A DNA stretch of 63,890 nt, the filler included. It is 5 parts of 5 records of this genome, joined end to end, with 100 filler letters (N's around TTAATTAATTAA, not from the genome) between each part and the next. Parts side by side here need not be neighbours in the genome. Positions count along the whole stretch, not along the records: positions 1 to 29,273 come from DRR723986_5151; 4 more parts are not named here. The stretch is one strand, 5' to 3'. This document shows, piece by piece, positions 1-8,799 of the stretch (the stretch's first letter is position 1; each line of letters opens with the position of its first letter). A model generated the notes under the pieces. That model saw only the letters and a program-made list of their open reading frames with translations. It was not told the origin of the DNA and did no database searches. Made by a program: the position numbers and the translations under genes.

Positions 1-1
1 T

Positions 2-499
2 CAGTTCGATGTCGCGGTGCTGCACGGGCGTCCTGAAGCGCAAGGACAGGAAAGCTGGCTGATTGCCCCGGACCGGGTGTTTCCGGTTTGCGCTCCGTCG
101 ATGTTGCATGAACTGCCAGCGAAGCCGAGCCTGCGCGATCTGCTGGATTTTCCGCTGCTGGAATTCGCGCCCACGCTGCGCGACTGGCTGCACTGGCCGG
201 ATTTCCTGAAGGCGCATGGCATCGACACGCTGCCAAAGCCGAAAACCACCTTCGACAGCTATGCCATCGCAATCGAGGCCGCCCGGCTTGGGCAGGGCAT
301 CCTGCTCGGTTGGGAAATTGTGGTCGATCCGCATCTGAAAAACGGGGCTCTGACATCTATCGGCCCGTGGGAAATGGACGCGCCCGGTGGTTTGCGCATC
401 CATTTCTCGCCACGCGGGCTGTCCGACCCCGCCCGATCCTTTGCGCATTGGCTTAGGCATCCCGAGTTGTCCCAGTCCCTCACCCTCCCCGGTGCTTGA
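2..499 (+). CDS. LysR-family (GcvA-like) regulator, substrate-binding C-terminal part; 5'-truncated
   Basis: Frame is open from the window start (QFDVAVLHG...). Contains W..WPDFL and FDSYAIAIEAARLGQGILLGW, typical of GcvA-type LTTR C-termini. Confidence 0.8.
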   Translation, partial: QFDVAVLHGRPEAQGQESWLIAPDRVFPVCAPSMLHELPAKPSLRDLLDFPLLEFAPTLRDWLHWPDFLKAHGIDTLPKPKTTFDSYAIAIEAARLGQGILLGWEIVVDPHLKNGALTSIGPWEMDAPGGLRIHFSPRGLSDPARSFAHWLRHPELSQSLTLPGA

Positions 500-2165
500 A
501 GCTGTCGCGGCGGAAGGAATAGAGCGCGGCCGGGTCCACCGACACATCCACCACTGCGGGCTTGCCGCAATCGAGCGCGGCCTTGATGCAATCCGCAGTC
601 TCATCCAAAGTTTCCGCCTTGAAACCCGCCGCGCCGTAAAGCTCCGCCAGTTTGTCAAACGGCGGGCTGGAGATATCGGCGCCGATATAACGCTGGCCGA
701 AGAAATCGCGCTGATAGGCCTTTTCCGCCCCCCAACAGCCGTTGTTCATGACCACGGTCACGGTGTTGATGCCGTGATCGACGGCGGTGGACAGTTCCGA
801 CACCGTCATGCCAAAGCCGCCATCGCCCATCAGGCTGACAACGGGCCTGTCGGGCATCGCCAGTTTGACGCCCAAACCGCAGGCAAAGGAAAAGCCCACA
901 AGCCCGAAGTCGAGTGGGGTGAACAGGCTTTTGGGTTGCCAATAGTTCATCGCATCCGTGGCCTGCAGACACAGCGTGCCAGCATCCATCGTCAGCGCGC
1001 TGTCCTTCGGCAGCACATCGCGCAGGGTCTTGAACAGGCCCGAAGGCTGGATGGGCATCGTTGCCACATCCGCATCAGCGTCGCGCTTGGCCAGATAGGC
1101 CTGCCGTTCGGTCTTGTAAGCGGCAGTCCATGCCTCTGCCAGTTTGCGGTCATCCAGCTTGGCCAGCGCCGCCACCAGTTGCCGCGCCGCCGTGGGGGCA
1201 TCGGCGAGGATGCCAAGGGTCGAGGGGAAATAGCGCCCTATTGCGGTCGGCTCCTGCTCGATCTGGATGATCGCGGCCTCGCGGTTGATGTTGTCATAGC
1301 TGTAGAAGGTGGAATTGAAGCCGAGCCGGGTGCCAAGCGCCAGGATCACGTCGGCCTCTTTCACCAGCCGGGACGCGACCGGGTTGCCGCGCGGGCCCAT
1401 CTGGCCTGCGTTCAACGGATGGCCGAAGGGCAGCGCGTCGCCGTGGCCGGGTGAGGTCACGATGGGACAGCCCGCCGCCTCGGCCAGCGCCAGCGCGTCG
1501 TCAGCGGCCCCGGTCATCTTGATGCCGCCACCCGCGACGATCACGGGGCGCGCCGCGCCGCGCAGCATGGCGGCGGCCTTGGCAATCGCGTCCGCCGCCC
1601 CGGCAGCGGGGGCATAGGCATAGGTCTCTGGCCCCTGAAGCGGCTCGAACTCTGCCTCGCCCGACAGCACATCGCGCGGCAGGTTCAACTGCACCGGGCC
1701 TTTGCGGGGGGCCTGCGCCACGCGGAAGGCCTCGCGCACCATTTCTGGCACCCGGTCGGTGCTGGTCGCGGTCCATGTCTTCTTGGTGATGGGCGTGAAC
1801 AGCGCCTCCTGATCGACCTCCTGAAAGGCATCGCGGTACTTGTGGCCAGAGGACAGCATCCCCGCGATGGACACGACCGGCGAATAGGCCGCTTTGGCCT
1901 GTGCCAGCCCGGTCACGAGGTTGGTGGCCCCCGGCCCGTTCTGGCCTGCAAGGATTACCCCGGCACGACCCGAAGCGCGGGCAAAGCCATCGGCCATATG
2001 GGTGCCTGTGCGTTCGTCATGTACACCGGTGAACCTGATCTCGGGCGCGTCATACAGCGCGTCGAACATCTCCATCGTGGCAGAGCCGATAAGCCCGAAG
2101 ATATGGTCCACCTTCTCGGCCTTCAGCGCCTCGACCGCCGCCTGTCCGCCTGTCAGTTTCGTCAT
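480..2165 (-). CDS. Thiamine-diphosphate enzyme, sulfoacetaldehyde acetyltransferase (Xsc)-like / acetolactate synthase superfamily
   Basis: HDE catalytic Glu, GQNGPGATN, ThDP motif GDGGFGM...NN. FGLIGSA and WGAEK segments resemble Xsc as recalled. Confidence 0.8.
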   Translation of the reverse strand: MTKLTGGQAAVEALKAEKVDHIFGLIGSATMEMFDALYDAPEIRFTGVHDERTGTHMADGFARASGRAGVILAGQNGPGATNLVTGLAQAKAAYSPVVSIAGMLSSGHKYRDAFQEVDQEALFTPITKKTWTATSTDRVPEMVREAFRVAQAPRKGPVQLNLPRDVLSGEAEFEPLQGPETYAYAPAAGAADAIAKAAAMLRGAARPVIVAGGGIKMTGAADDALALAEAAGCPIVTSPGHGDALPFGHPLNAGQMGPRGNPVASRLVKEADVILALGTRLGFNSTFYSYDNINREAAIIQIEQEPTAIGRYFPSTLGILADAPTAARQLVAALAKLDDRKLAEAWTAAYKTERQAYLAKRDADADVATMPIQPSGLFKTLRDVLPKDSALTMDAGTLCLQATDAMNYWQPKSLFTPLDFGLVGFSFACGLGVKLAMPDRPVVSLMGDGGFGMTVSELSTAVDHGINTVTVVMNNGCWGAEKAYQRDFFGQRYIGADISSPPFDKLAELYGAAGFKAETLDETADCIKAALDCGKPAVVDVSVDPAALYSFRRDSFKHRGG

Positions 2166-2189
2166 TGTCGCGTTTCCTTGTCTGTCGTC

Positions 2190-2984
2190 TCAGCCCTTAT
2201 GACGGGCGAGGAAATCCATCACCGGGGCGCTGAACGCGCCCGGCTGTTCGATAAGCCCCAGATGCTGAAGCCCCGGCACGATGATCGTCTCTGCCCCCGC
2301 GATTTCGCTGGCGATGGCATGGGACATGGCGGGGCTGCTGCCGCTGTCATTTTCGCAGGTCATGACCAGCGTCGGATGGGTGATCGGCGGCGCGGGTCGG
2401 ATCAGCTCTGTCACACCCGCCGCCAGCACCATCCGGTGGCCCGCGTAGTTGACCGGATCGTTGCGCAGGACGACCTGTTTGACCGCCTCAACCGCTTGCG
2501 GATGATCGCGGCGGAACCCGTCCGTAAACCAGCGCGCCAGGGTGACGTCGATATTCGCCCCCGGTCCGCCCGCCGCCGTATCCGCCGCGCGTGCCTCGAC
2601 CAGTTTTTGCTGCTCTTCCCCGCGCTCATGCGGAGAGTTGAGGATCGCCAGCGCCGACACCCGGTCGGGGTGGTCCATCGCCAGACGCCGGTTGATCATG
2701 CCGCCAAGCGAAAAGCCCACAAGCGCCGCCTCAGCAATGCCAAGCCCATCCATCAGCCCGACCAGTTGCTGCGACAGGGTCGTCAGGCTTGGGGGGGTGT
2801 CGGGGATCGCCGTATCCCCATGGCCGAGCAGGTCATAGCGCAGCACCCGGAACCGCGCGGCAAGCGCCGGGGCGATGGCGCCCCAGGTGCTGTCCCGCGT
2901 CAGGCCAAGCCCGTGAATCAGTGCCACGACCGGCGCGTCCTCGGGCCCCGTCAGGTCATAGGCGGTGCCCGAAAGAAACGGCAT
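2190..2984 (-). CDS. Alpha/beta hydrolase (PcaD/TgnD-like)
   Basis: IHGLG oxyanion motif, YDLLGHG, nucleophile elbow GFSLG, C-terminal His in GLQH. Confidence 0.85.
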   Translation of the reverse strand: MPFLSGTAYDLTGPEDAPVVALIHGLGLTRDSTWGAIAPALAARFRVLRYDLLGHGDTAIPDTPPSLTTLSQQLVGLMDGLGIAEAALVGFSLGGMINRRLAMDHPDRVSALAILNSPHERGEEQQKLVEARAADTAAGGPGANIDVTLARWFTDGFRRDHPQAVEAVKQVVLRNDPVNYAGHRMVLAAGVTELIRPAPPITHPTLVMTCENDSGSSPAMSHAIASEIAGAETIIVPGLQHLGLIEQPGAFSAPVMDFLARHKG

Positions 2985-3580
2985 CAGACGCCCGCCGGGT
3001 TGTCCACGTCCCGGCCCATTTCGCGCAAGTCTTCATAGCGGTTGCCGATCCGATGATGGGGGTGGCCGCCAAGGCTGCCACCAAGGGCGACGATGATCTC
3101 ATCCTCTGCGGGGGCATCGGGGATGGTGGTTTGCAGCGTCTGATAATGCGACCGCCGCCCGCCATCATCCTTGTCCATCATCGGAATGGTGATCATGCAG
3201 CCCGCCGCACCACGGGTGTTGGAAAACACCAGATAGGTCTTGGCATCAATCGCCTCGCGCAGCTGGTTGCCGAACCACAAAGAATGGGTCAGCGCCTGCG
3301 CATGTTCCACCTCGCCGCCCATGCCCACGACCGAAGCCTTGCCGACGCCCTCGATGGTGCCACCCGACAGGCGCAGCAATTCCTCGGTCAGCAGCTTGCC
3401 AAGAGGCGGGCAGTGTTCGCGGATCTCTGGCTTCATGTCTTCCACGAAACCGCGTCCGAACCACGGGTTCCGGATCACCGCCATTGCGGCGAACATTCGG
3501 GTGGGTTCAGGCACCTCGCGGCCCCCTTCCACATGGGTGATTTGAGTCATCGTAAGGATGCGGCGGATTTCTACGGCCAT
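2984..3580 (-). CDS. Amino-acid-synthesis family protein (DUF1185)
   Basis: AVIRNPWFGRG, GKASVVGMGGEVEHA, RSHY and DAPAEDEII motifs; TGATG overlap with the next gene. Confidence 0.8.
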   Translation of the reverse strand: MAVEIRRILTMTQITHVEGGREVPEPTRMFAAMAVIRNPWFGRGFVEDMKPEIREHCPPLGKLLTEELLRLSGGTIEGVGKASVVGMGGEVEHAQALTHSLWFGNQLREAIDAKTYLVFSNTRGAAGCMITIPMMDKDDGGRRSHYQTLQTTIPDAPAEDEIIVALGGSLGGHPHHRIGNRYEDLREMGRDVDNPAGV

Positions 3581-3615
3581 GGTCTGTCTGTTCCTGTTCG
3601 CGAGTGTTTCTGGGG

Positions 3616-4647
3616 TCAGGCGTAGGCCGGCATGACCTTGTCGATAAAGAGCTTCAGGCTCTCTTTCTGCTGGTCCATATCCATGCCCATGGAGGCGTAG
3701 TAGATGAAGGAATCCACACCGATCGCCTCATATAGCTTCAGCTTTTCGATCACCGTTTCTGGCGTGCCGAACATCAGGTTTTCTTCCAGCATCACCGGAT
3801 CGACGCGGAAATTGCCTTCCAGCGCCTCGGTGTTCACCGTGTCGGGGAAGCCGTTGTTTACCTCACCCGTCTTGGTCATGAGATTGCCGAACATCGCCAG
3901 TTGCACCCGGATCGCGGCCAGCGCCCGCTGGCGGTCTTCCTCGGTTTCATACACGGCAGTGTGGCGCATCATCGCCCATTGGCCCTTGAACGGCCCATGC
4001 TTGGCAATCGCATCGTCCAGACGGCCGCGATAGCTCTCGGCTTCGCTCATCGGCATGGTCAGCGGCCAGCTCATGATATTGCAGCCGTGTTCCACCGCGT
4101 AATCAAAGGTGATCGGCGCGCGGGCGGCGACCCAGATCGGCACGTCGTCCTGCACCGGCTTGGGGCAAGAGGTCGCCTTGGGGAAATGCCAGAACTCGCC
4201 GTTATGCTCGTAATCGCCCTTCCACAGCTCCTGCACGACGGGCAGCATTTCCTGCATGTAGCGCCAGCTGTCGCGCTGATCGAGGCCCGGCTTCATCCGA
4301 TCAAACTCACGCTGATACGCGCCAGAGCCGATGCCGAATTCGAGCCGTCCGTCACTGGTCAGGTCCAGAAACGCCGCCTCACCGGCAAGGTTGATCGGAT
4401 GCCAATAGGCCGCGTTCACGACGCCGACGCCAAGTCGGATGTTCCTGGTATGCTCGCCCCACCAGGTCAGGATCTGGAACGGGTTCGGCGCAATGGTCAT
4501 TTCCAGCGCGTGGTGTTCTGCGGCCCAGGCAATCTCGAACCCCGCTTCATCGGCCATCTTGACCATGTCCAGCGTATGGTCGCGGACGGCCATGATGTCC
4601 GTGTCGGGGGTCATGCGTTCGAGGTTGATCGCGAGATGGAATTTCAT
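3616..4647 (-). CDS. LLM-class (luciferase-like) flavin-dependent monooxygenase, TgnB-like
   Basis: AEHHALEMTIAPNPF, WHPINLAGEAA, LWKGDYEHNGEFWHFPK closely resemble the trigonelline monooxygenase oxygenase subunit as recalled. Confidence 0.85.
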   Translation of the reverse strand: MKFHLAINLERMTPDTDIMAVRDHTLDMVKMADEAGFEIAWAAEHHALEMTIAPNPFQILTWWGEHTRNIRLGVGVVNAAYWHPINLAGEAAFLDLTSDGRLEFGIGSGAYQREFDRMKPGLDQRDSWRYMQEMLPVVQELWKGDYEHNGEFWHFPKATSCPKPVQDDVPIWVAARAPITFDYAVEHGCNIMSWPLTMPMSEAESYRGRLDDAIAKHGPFKGQWAMMRHTAVYETEEDRQRALAAIRVQLAMFGNLMTKTGEVNNGFPDTVNTEALEGNFRVDPVMLEENLMFGTPETVIEKLKLYEAIGVDSFIYYASMGMDMDQQKESLKLFIDKVMPAYA

Positions 4648-5768
4648 CCTAGAGGCTCCTTCATGGCGTTGAGGGAAAGAGTTGCATCGTCATACCAGCG
4701 CGCAAAGCTGGCGACGTTGGCTTCCAGAAGCGGGTGCAGCACGCCCGGGCGGGCCGAGGGGCAGGCCAGCCCACGCTGCTGGTTTTCCAGCGCTTCCAGG
4801 TCTTCGTCGAGTGCCGCGTCGAGCCGGTCATGATAGATCGCGACAGAGGCGTCTGCCCCGGGCTGTGCCAGTGTTTCGGGGTGGAAACAGGCGGATTGGA
4901 CAACGCGGCAGCGGTCGGGCGTCAGCGGATAGGCTTCGTATACCCACAACGCATCGGAATTGGCTGCGAAGGTCATATTCGGAAAAATCCAAGTATAGCG
5001 CGCGCCATAGGCTTCGCGGCCCGAAAGACCCGGCATCGGCGGCAAGGCATGGGCCTGTTGCGTCTCGAGCAAGCCGCCGGTGCCCGCTGTCGCACCGAAC
5101 TGGCTGGCGTAGGAACCTTGCGTTGGCGTCTTGTCGTCGGGTTGGCCGTAGATGCTGTTGATGGAGTCAGGGTGGACGAAGGGCAGATGATAGTAATCGT
5201 TGAAGACGTCGAGAAACGCCTTCCAGTTGCAAGCGACCTCGATCTCGCGGCGACGGGTCGTCACCAGATCTGCCAGAGGCCAGGGGGCATGGACTGCTTC
5301 GAAATCCCCCAGAACGTCATCGAGCGCAGGCGCGTCATCGGACAGGCACAGGAAGGCAAAGCCCGCCCGTTCCTCCACCCGGTAGGGAATGAGCCCGTTC
5401 TCCGCCTTGTCAAACCCGGCGACAGCATCCATCTGCGGCGCGGCGACCAGCGATCCGTCCAGCCGGTAGGCCCAGGAATGGAACGGGCAGCGGATGCCAC
5501 GGCATTCGCCCTCGCCCTCCATCAGCCGGGCCGCGCGATGGCGGCAGGTGTTGGCGAAGGCGCGCAGCGTGCCCTCACGGTCGCGCAACAGCAGAATGGA
5601 TTGCCCTGCAATGTCGAGCGTGCGGAACCGGCCCGCATCGGGCACCAGATCAGCGCGCCCGATCCCGATCCAGTGACGCCCAAAGAGCGCCTTGTCGAGA
5701 TCATCGAAGGCCGGGGACATGTAGGCCTCCGGGGAAATGGAATACTGGCAGTCGGCTTGATCCCTCAT
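4644..5768 (-). CDS. Rieske non-heme iron oxygenase alpha subunit (choline monooxygenase / quaternary-amine dealkylase-like)
   Basis: Rieske ligands CRH...CPFH; mononuclear Fe motif NWK...DYYHLPFVH; ATGA overlap with the LLM gene. Confidence 0.88.
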   Translation of the reverse strand: MRDQADCQYSISPEAYMSPAFDDLDKALFGRHWIGIGRADLVPDAGRFRTLDIAGQSILLLRDREGTLRAFANTCRHRAARLMEGEGECRGIRCPFHSWAYRLDGSLVAAPQMDAVAGFDKAENGLIPYRVEERAGFAFLCLSDDAPALDDVLGDFEAVHAPWPLADLVTTRRREIEVACNWKAFLDVFNDYYHLPFVHPDSINSIYGQPDDKTPTQGSYASQFGATAGTGGLLETQQAHALPPMPGLSGREAYGARYTWIFPNMTFAANSDALWVYEAYPLTPDRCRVVQSACFHPETLAQPGADASVAIYHDRLDAALDEDLEALENQQRGLACPSARPGVLHPLLEANVASFARWYDDATLSLNAMKEPLG

Positions 5769-5772
5769 GGTG

Positions 5773-7248
5773 TTACCTCGGCTGGAAGGGGCTGGCTACG
5801 GGATCATCGGACATGTTCATCCAGACGGTCTTGGGGCGGGTGAAATCCCACAGCGCCTGAAAGCCGCTTTCGCGCCCGTAGCCAGAGTTTTTCATGCCGC
5901 CAAACTCCGCAATGGGCGAAATGGCGCGATAGGTGTTGACCCAGACAATGCCCGCCTTGATGCGCTTGGACATGCGCAACGCGCGGGCGTTGTTGCGGGT
6001 GAAGATCCCGGCGGCAAGGCCGTGGACCGTGTCATTGGCCAGCGCCAGCGCCTCTTCTTCGGTGCGGAAGCGTTGCACAGCAAGGACGGGGCCAAACAGT
6101 TCCGTGTCGACGATGGTCAGGTCGTTGCGGGGGCAGTCGATGATCGTGGGCTGAAAATACAGCCCCGGCAGCCCCTCGGGCCGCTTGCCGCCGACCAGAA
6201 CGGTGCCGCCCTCTTCCTGCGCGAGTGCCACTTGCCGGGTGATGTGGTCAAGCTGGCCTTGGGTACACAGCGGCCCCATCTCGGTTTCTTCTGCCTGCGG
6301 ATCACCGATCAGGATGCCTTGGGCAATGCCCACCATCCGGGCGAGAAATTCATCCGCGATATCTTCATGCAGGTAGAGCCGTGAGCCCGCCACGCAGCTT
6401 TGCCCCGATGCCGCAAAGATCCCGGCGACCGAGCCATTGACCGCACTTTCGATATCGGCGTCGTCAAACACGATGAAGGGGGATTTGCCGCCCAGTTCCA
6501 GCGACACCTCCGCGAAGTTTTCCGCCGAGTTGCGCACAACATGCCGGGCCGCCGCCGGGCCACCGGTAAAGGCGATGCGGGCGACCAGCGGGTGTTTCGT
6601 CAACGCCTCGCCGCAGGCGACTCCGCCGGTGACGATATTGACGACGCCATCGGGAATGCCGGCCTCAGCGACCAGCTTGCCAAATTCCAGCAAAGGCGCG
6701 GACGCGTGTTCCGAGGCCTTCAGGACGATGGTGTTGCCGGTTGCCAGCGCCGGGCCGATCTTGACCGCGCTCAGGAACATCTGCGAATTCCACGGGATCA
6801 CGGCGGCAATTACCCCAAGCGGTTCGCGGTTGGTGAAAACGAACATGTCGGGCTTGTCTATGGGCAGCGTCTCGCCATGGATCTTGTCGGCAGCCCCCGC
6901 ATAGAAGCGAAGGAATTCCGCGATATAGCTCGCCTGCCAGCGGGTTTCCTTGAACATCTTGCCGGTGTCGCGGGTCTCGACCCGGCCAATATGCTCCGAG
7001 TTTGCCGCCAGCAGATCCGCCAGTCGGCCAAGGCACTTGCCCCGCTCCGTCGGCGTCATCTGTCCCCATGGCCCATCCAGCGCCGCATGGGCGGCCCGCA
7101 CCGCGCAGTCCACATCCTCGGGCGTGGCTTCGGGGATCTGGCACCACTCGATACCGGTCGACGGGTCGAAGGTGGTAAAGCGCTGCCCGTCAGAGGCCTG
7201 CACCCAGTCCCCGCCGATCAGCATGTCGTAAGTCGTCAGCGCAGCCAT
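5773..7248 (-). CDS. Aldehyde dehydrogenase (TgnC/betaine aldehyde DH-like)
   Basis: PWN, ELGGKSP, catalytic Cys in GQSCVAG, ELFGPV, FGGMKNSGYGRE. Confidence 0.93.
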   Translation of the reverse strand: MAALTTYDMLIGGDWVQASDGQRFTTFDPSTGIEWCQIPEATPEDVDCAVRAAHAALDGPWGQMTPTERGKCLGRLADLLAANSEHIGRVETRDTGKMFKETRWQASYIAEFLRFYAGAADKIHGETLPIDKPDMFVFTNREPLGVIAAVIPWNSQMFLSAVKIGPALATGNTIVLKASEHASAPLLEFGKLVAEAGIPDGVVNIVTGGVACGEALTKHPLVARIAFTGGPAAARHVVRNSAENFAEVSLELGGKSPFIVFDDADIESAVNGSVAGIFAASGQSCVAGSRLYLHEDIADEFLARMVGIAQGILIGDPQAEETEMGPLCTQGQLDHITRQVALAQEEGGTVLVGGKRPEGLPGLYFQPTIIDCPRNDLTIVDTELFGPVLAVQRFRTEEEALALANDTVHGLAAGIFTRNNARALRMSKRIKAGIVWVNTYRAISPIAEFGGMKNSGYGRESGFQALWDFTRPKTVWMNMSDDPVASPFQPR

Positions 7249-7781
7249 CAGTTCAGGGCCCCTCTGGTTTCAATGATCTTGGGCAGGACGCGGTGATAGG
7301 CGCCGTCCAGGTAAGTCAGGGGTTCGCGGTCGCCATGGCCCACGGCCTCGACCCGGCCAAAGACGACAAGGTGACTGCCCGATTGCACCACGTTGTCGAC
7401 GGTGCAGGCAAAGCTGGTCGCCCCCTTGATCTGCGGCGGCATTCCCTTGGTTCCCTGGCAGGGAATATCGGTGAACCGATCCTCGACATCGCGGTCATGG
7501 GCGCCTGCAAACCGGTCGGCGATGCCGTCGCTGTGTTCGGGCAGCACGTTGACGCAAAAGCGCCCGTTGCTTTCGACCGCAGACGCGATGCGGCTTTTGG
7601 CATGCAGGCAGACCAGCACCGTCGGCGGATCGGCCGAGACCGATGAAAAGGCGCTGACCGTGGCTCCGTGACGGCCTGCGGTGCCGTCGGTGGTGACAAC
7701 CGTCACGCTCGACGCCACGCGGCGCATGGCGGTGATGAATTCAGACCGCTCGACAGCGGGTGTTGGGGGCGTTCCCTGCAT
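7248..7781 (-). CDS. Flavin reductase (HpaC/TgnA-like)
   Basis: VTVVTTDG, SVSADPPTVLVCL, GSHLVVFGRV, PLTYLDGAY. Confidence 0.9.
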   Translation of the reverse strand: MQGTPPTPAVERSEFITAMRRVASSVTVVTTDGTAGRHGATVSAFSSVSADPPTVLVCLHAKSRIASAVESNGRFCVNVLPEHSDGIADRFAGAHDRDVEDRFTDIPCQGTKGMPPQIKGATSFACTVDNVVQSGSHLVVFGRVEAVGHGDREPLTYLDGAYHRVLPKIIETRGALN

Positions 7782-7868
7782 CGCAACCTCCCTTGCTCTG
7801 CGTTTTCGCGTATTGGGAGAGTTGCAGATTCTGACATATCTGTATAACGAATTATTTTAAGCAATAAA

Positions 7869-7883
7869 TTCAAAATACCTGAA
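7869..7883. promoter_or_regulatory. LysR recognition box (T-N11-A) in the divergent promoter region
   Basis: TTCA-AAATACC-TGAA dyad in the AT-rich intergenic region 7782-7893. Confidence 0.55.
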
Positions 7884-7893
7884 GTGAGATTCC

Positions 7894-8724
7894 ATGAACC
7901 TCGCCGCCCTGCAAACCTTCGTGGCCATCGTCGAAACCGGGTCGCTGGTACGGGCCTCGGAACGCCTACATGTGACGCAATCGACCGTGACCATGCGCCT
8001 GAAGGCGCTGGAGGCCGAACTGGGGCAAACCGTGCTGAACCGGCAGAAATCCGGTGTGACCCTGACGCCCGCAGGCACCAAGCTGCTGAACTATGCGCAG
8101 ATCATGATTGGCCTGTGGCGCCAGGCCAAGCTGGAGGCCGGGCTGCCAACGGGCGTCAACATGATCTGCAATTTCGGCTGCACCCCCGAGCTCTGGCCCA
8201 TTCGGGGCAAGCGTATCTTCGACATGATCCGCAGCCGCCAGCCGGATATTGCCCTGTCCGTCTATCACGGTAGCCCAGAGATTCTGGATCGGTGGATGGC
8301 GACCGGGCAGATCGACCTGTGCCTGACGCGCGACCCGGTGGCACGCAAGGGCCAGACAGTTATGACACTGCCTGCGGACGCGCTGGCACTTTATTCGGAC
8401 CGGCCCGATACGCCGATCCGCAGCGGGTCCAACTATATCTTCGTGGACTACGGCGAGGATTTCCGGCGCAGCCATGGCGAGGAATATCACGACGCGGGCA
8501 CCGCGCGGACAACCTTCAACGCTGCTGGCGCTGCTCTGGACTATCTGCTGGAGGTCGGCGGTTCCGTCTATCTTCCCCGCTCGCTGGTCGCGATCCGGCC
8601 GGACGCAGACAGATTGCACGAGATCACCGATGCGCCGCTTTTTGAACTGGGCACCTATCTGCTCATGCCCGAAGCGGCCCGCGACAGCTGGGGCTGGATT
8701 GCCGAAACCCAAGCCGCCACTTAA
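7894..8724 (+). CDS. LysR-family transcriptional regulator, divergent from the catabolic operon
   Basis: N-terminal HTH: LQTFVAIVETGSLVRASERLHVTQSTVTMRLKALEAELG. Confidence 0.93.
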   Translation: MNLAALQTFVAIVETGSLVRASERLHVTQSTVTMRLKALEAELGQTVLNRQKSGVTLTPAGTKLLNYAQIMIGLWRQAKLEAGLPTGVNMICNFGCTPELWPIRGKRIFDMIRSRQPDIALSVYHGSPEILDRWMATGQIDLCLTRDPVARKGQTVMTLPADALALYSDRPDTPIRSGSNYIFVDYGEDFRRSHGEEYHDAGTARTTFNAAGAALDYLLEVGGSVYLPRSLVAIRPDADRLHEITDAPLFELGTYLLMPEAARDSWGWIAETQAAT

Positions 8725-8799
8725 GCCCGTGACTTAAATTGCGCGCCCCCGGACAGTTTGCTAGCTTGCTGTCAGCACCGGGGAGGGTGCAGGGACATC

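Noticed and set aside
480-2165. ThDP enzyme as the missing IolD
   Set aside because: About 16 kb away in a different operon, and its motifs look Xsc-like rather than IolD-like.
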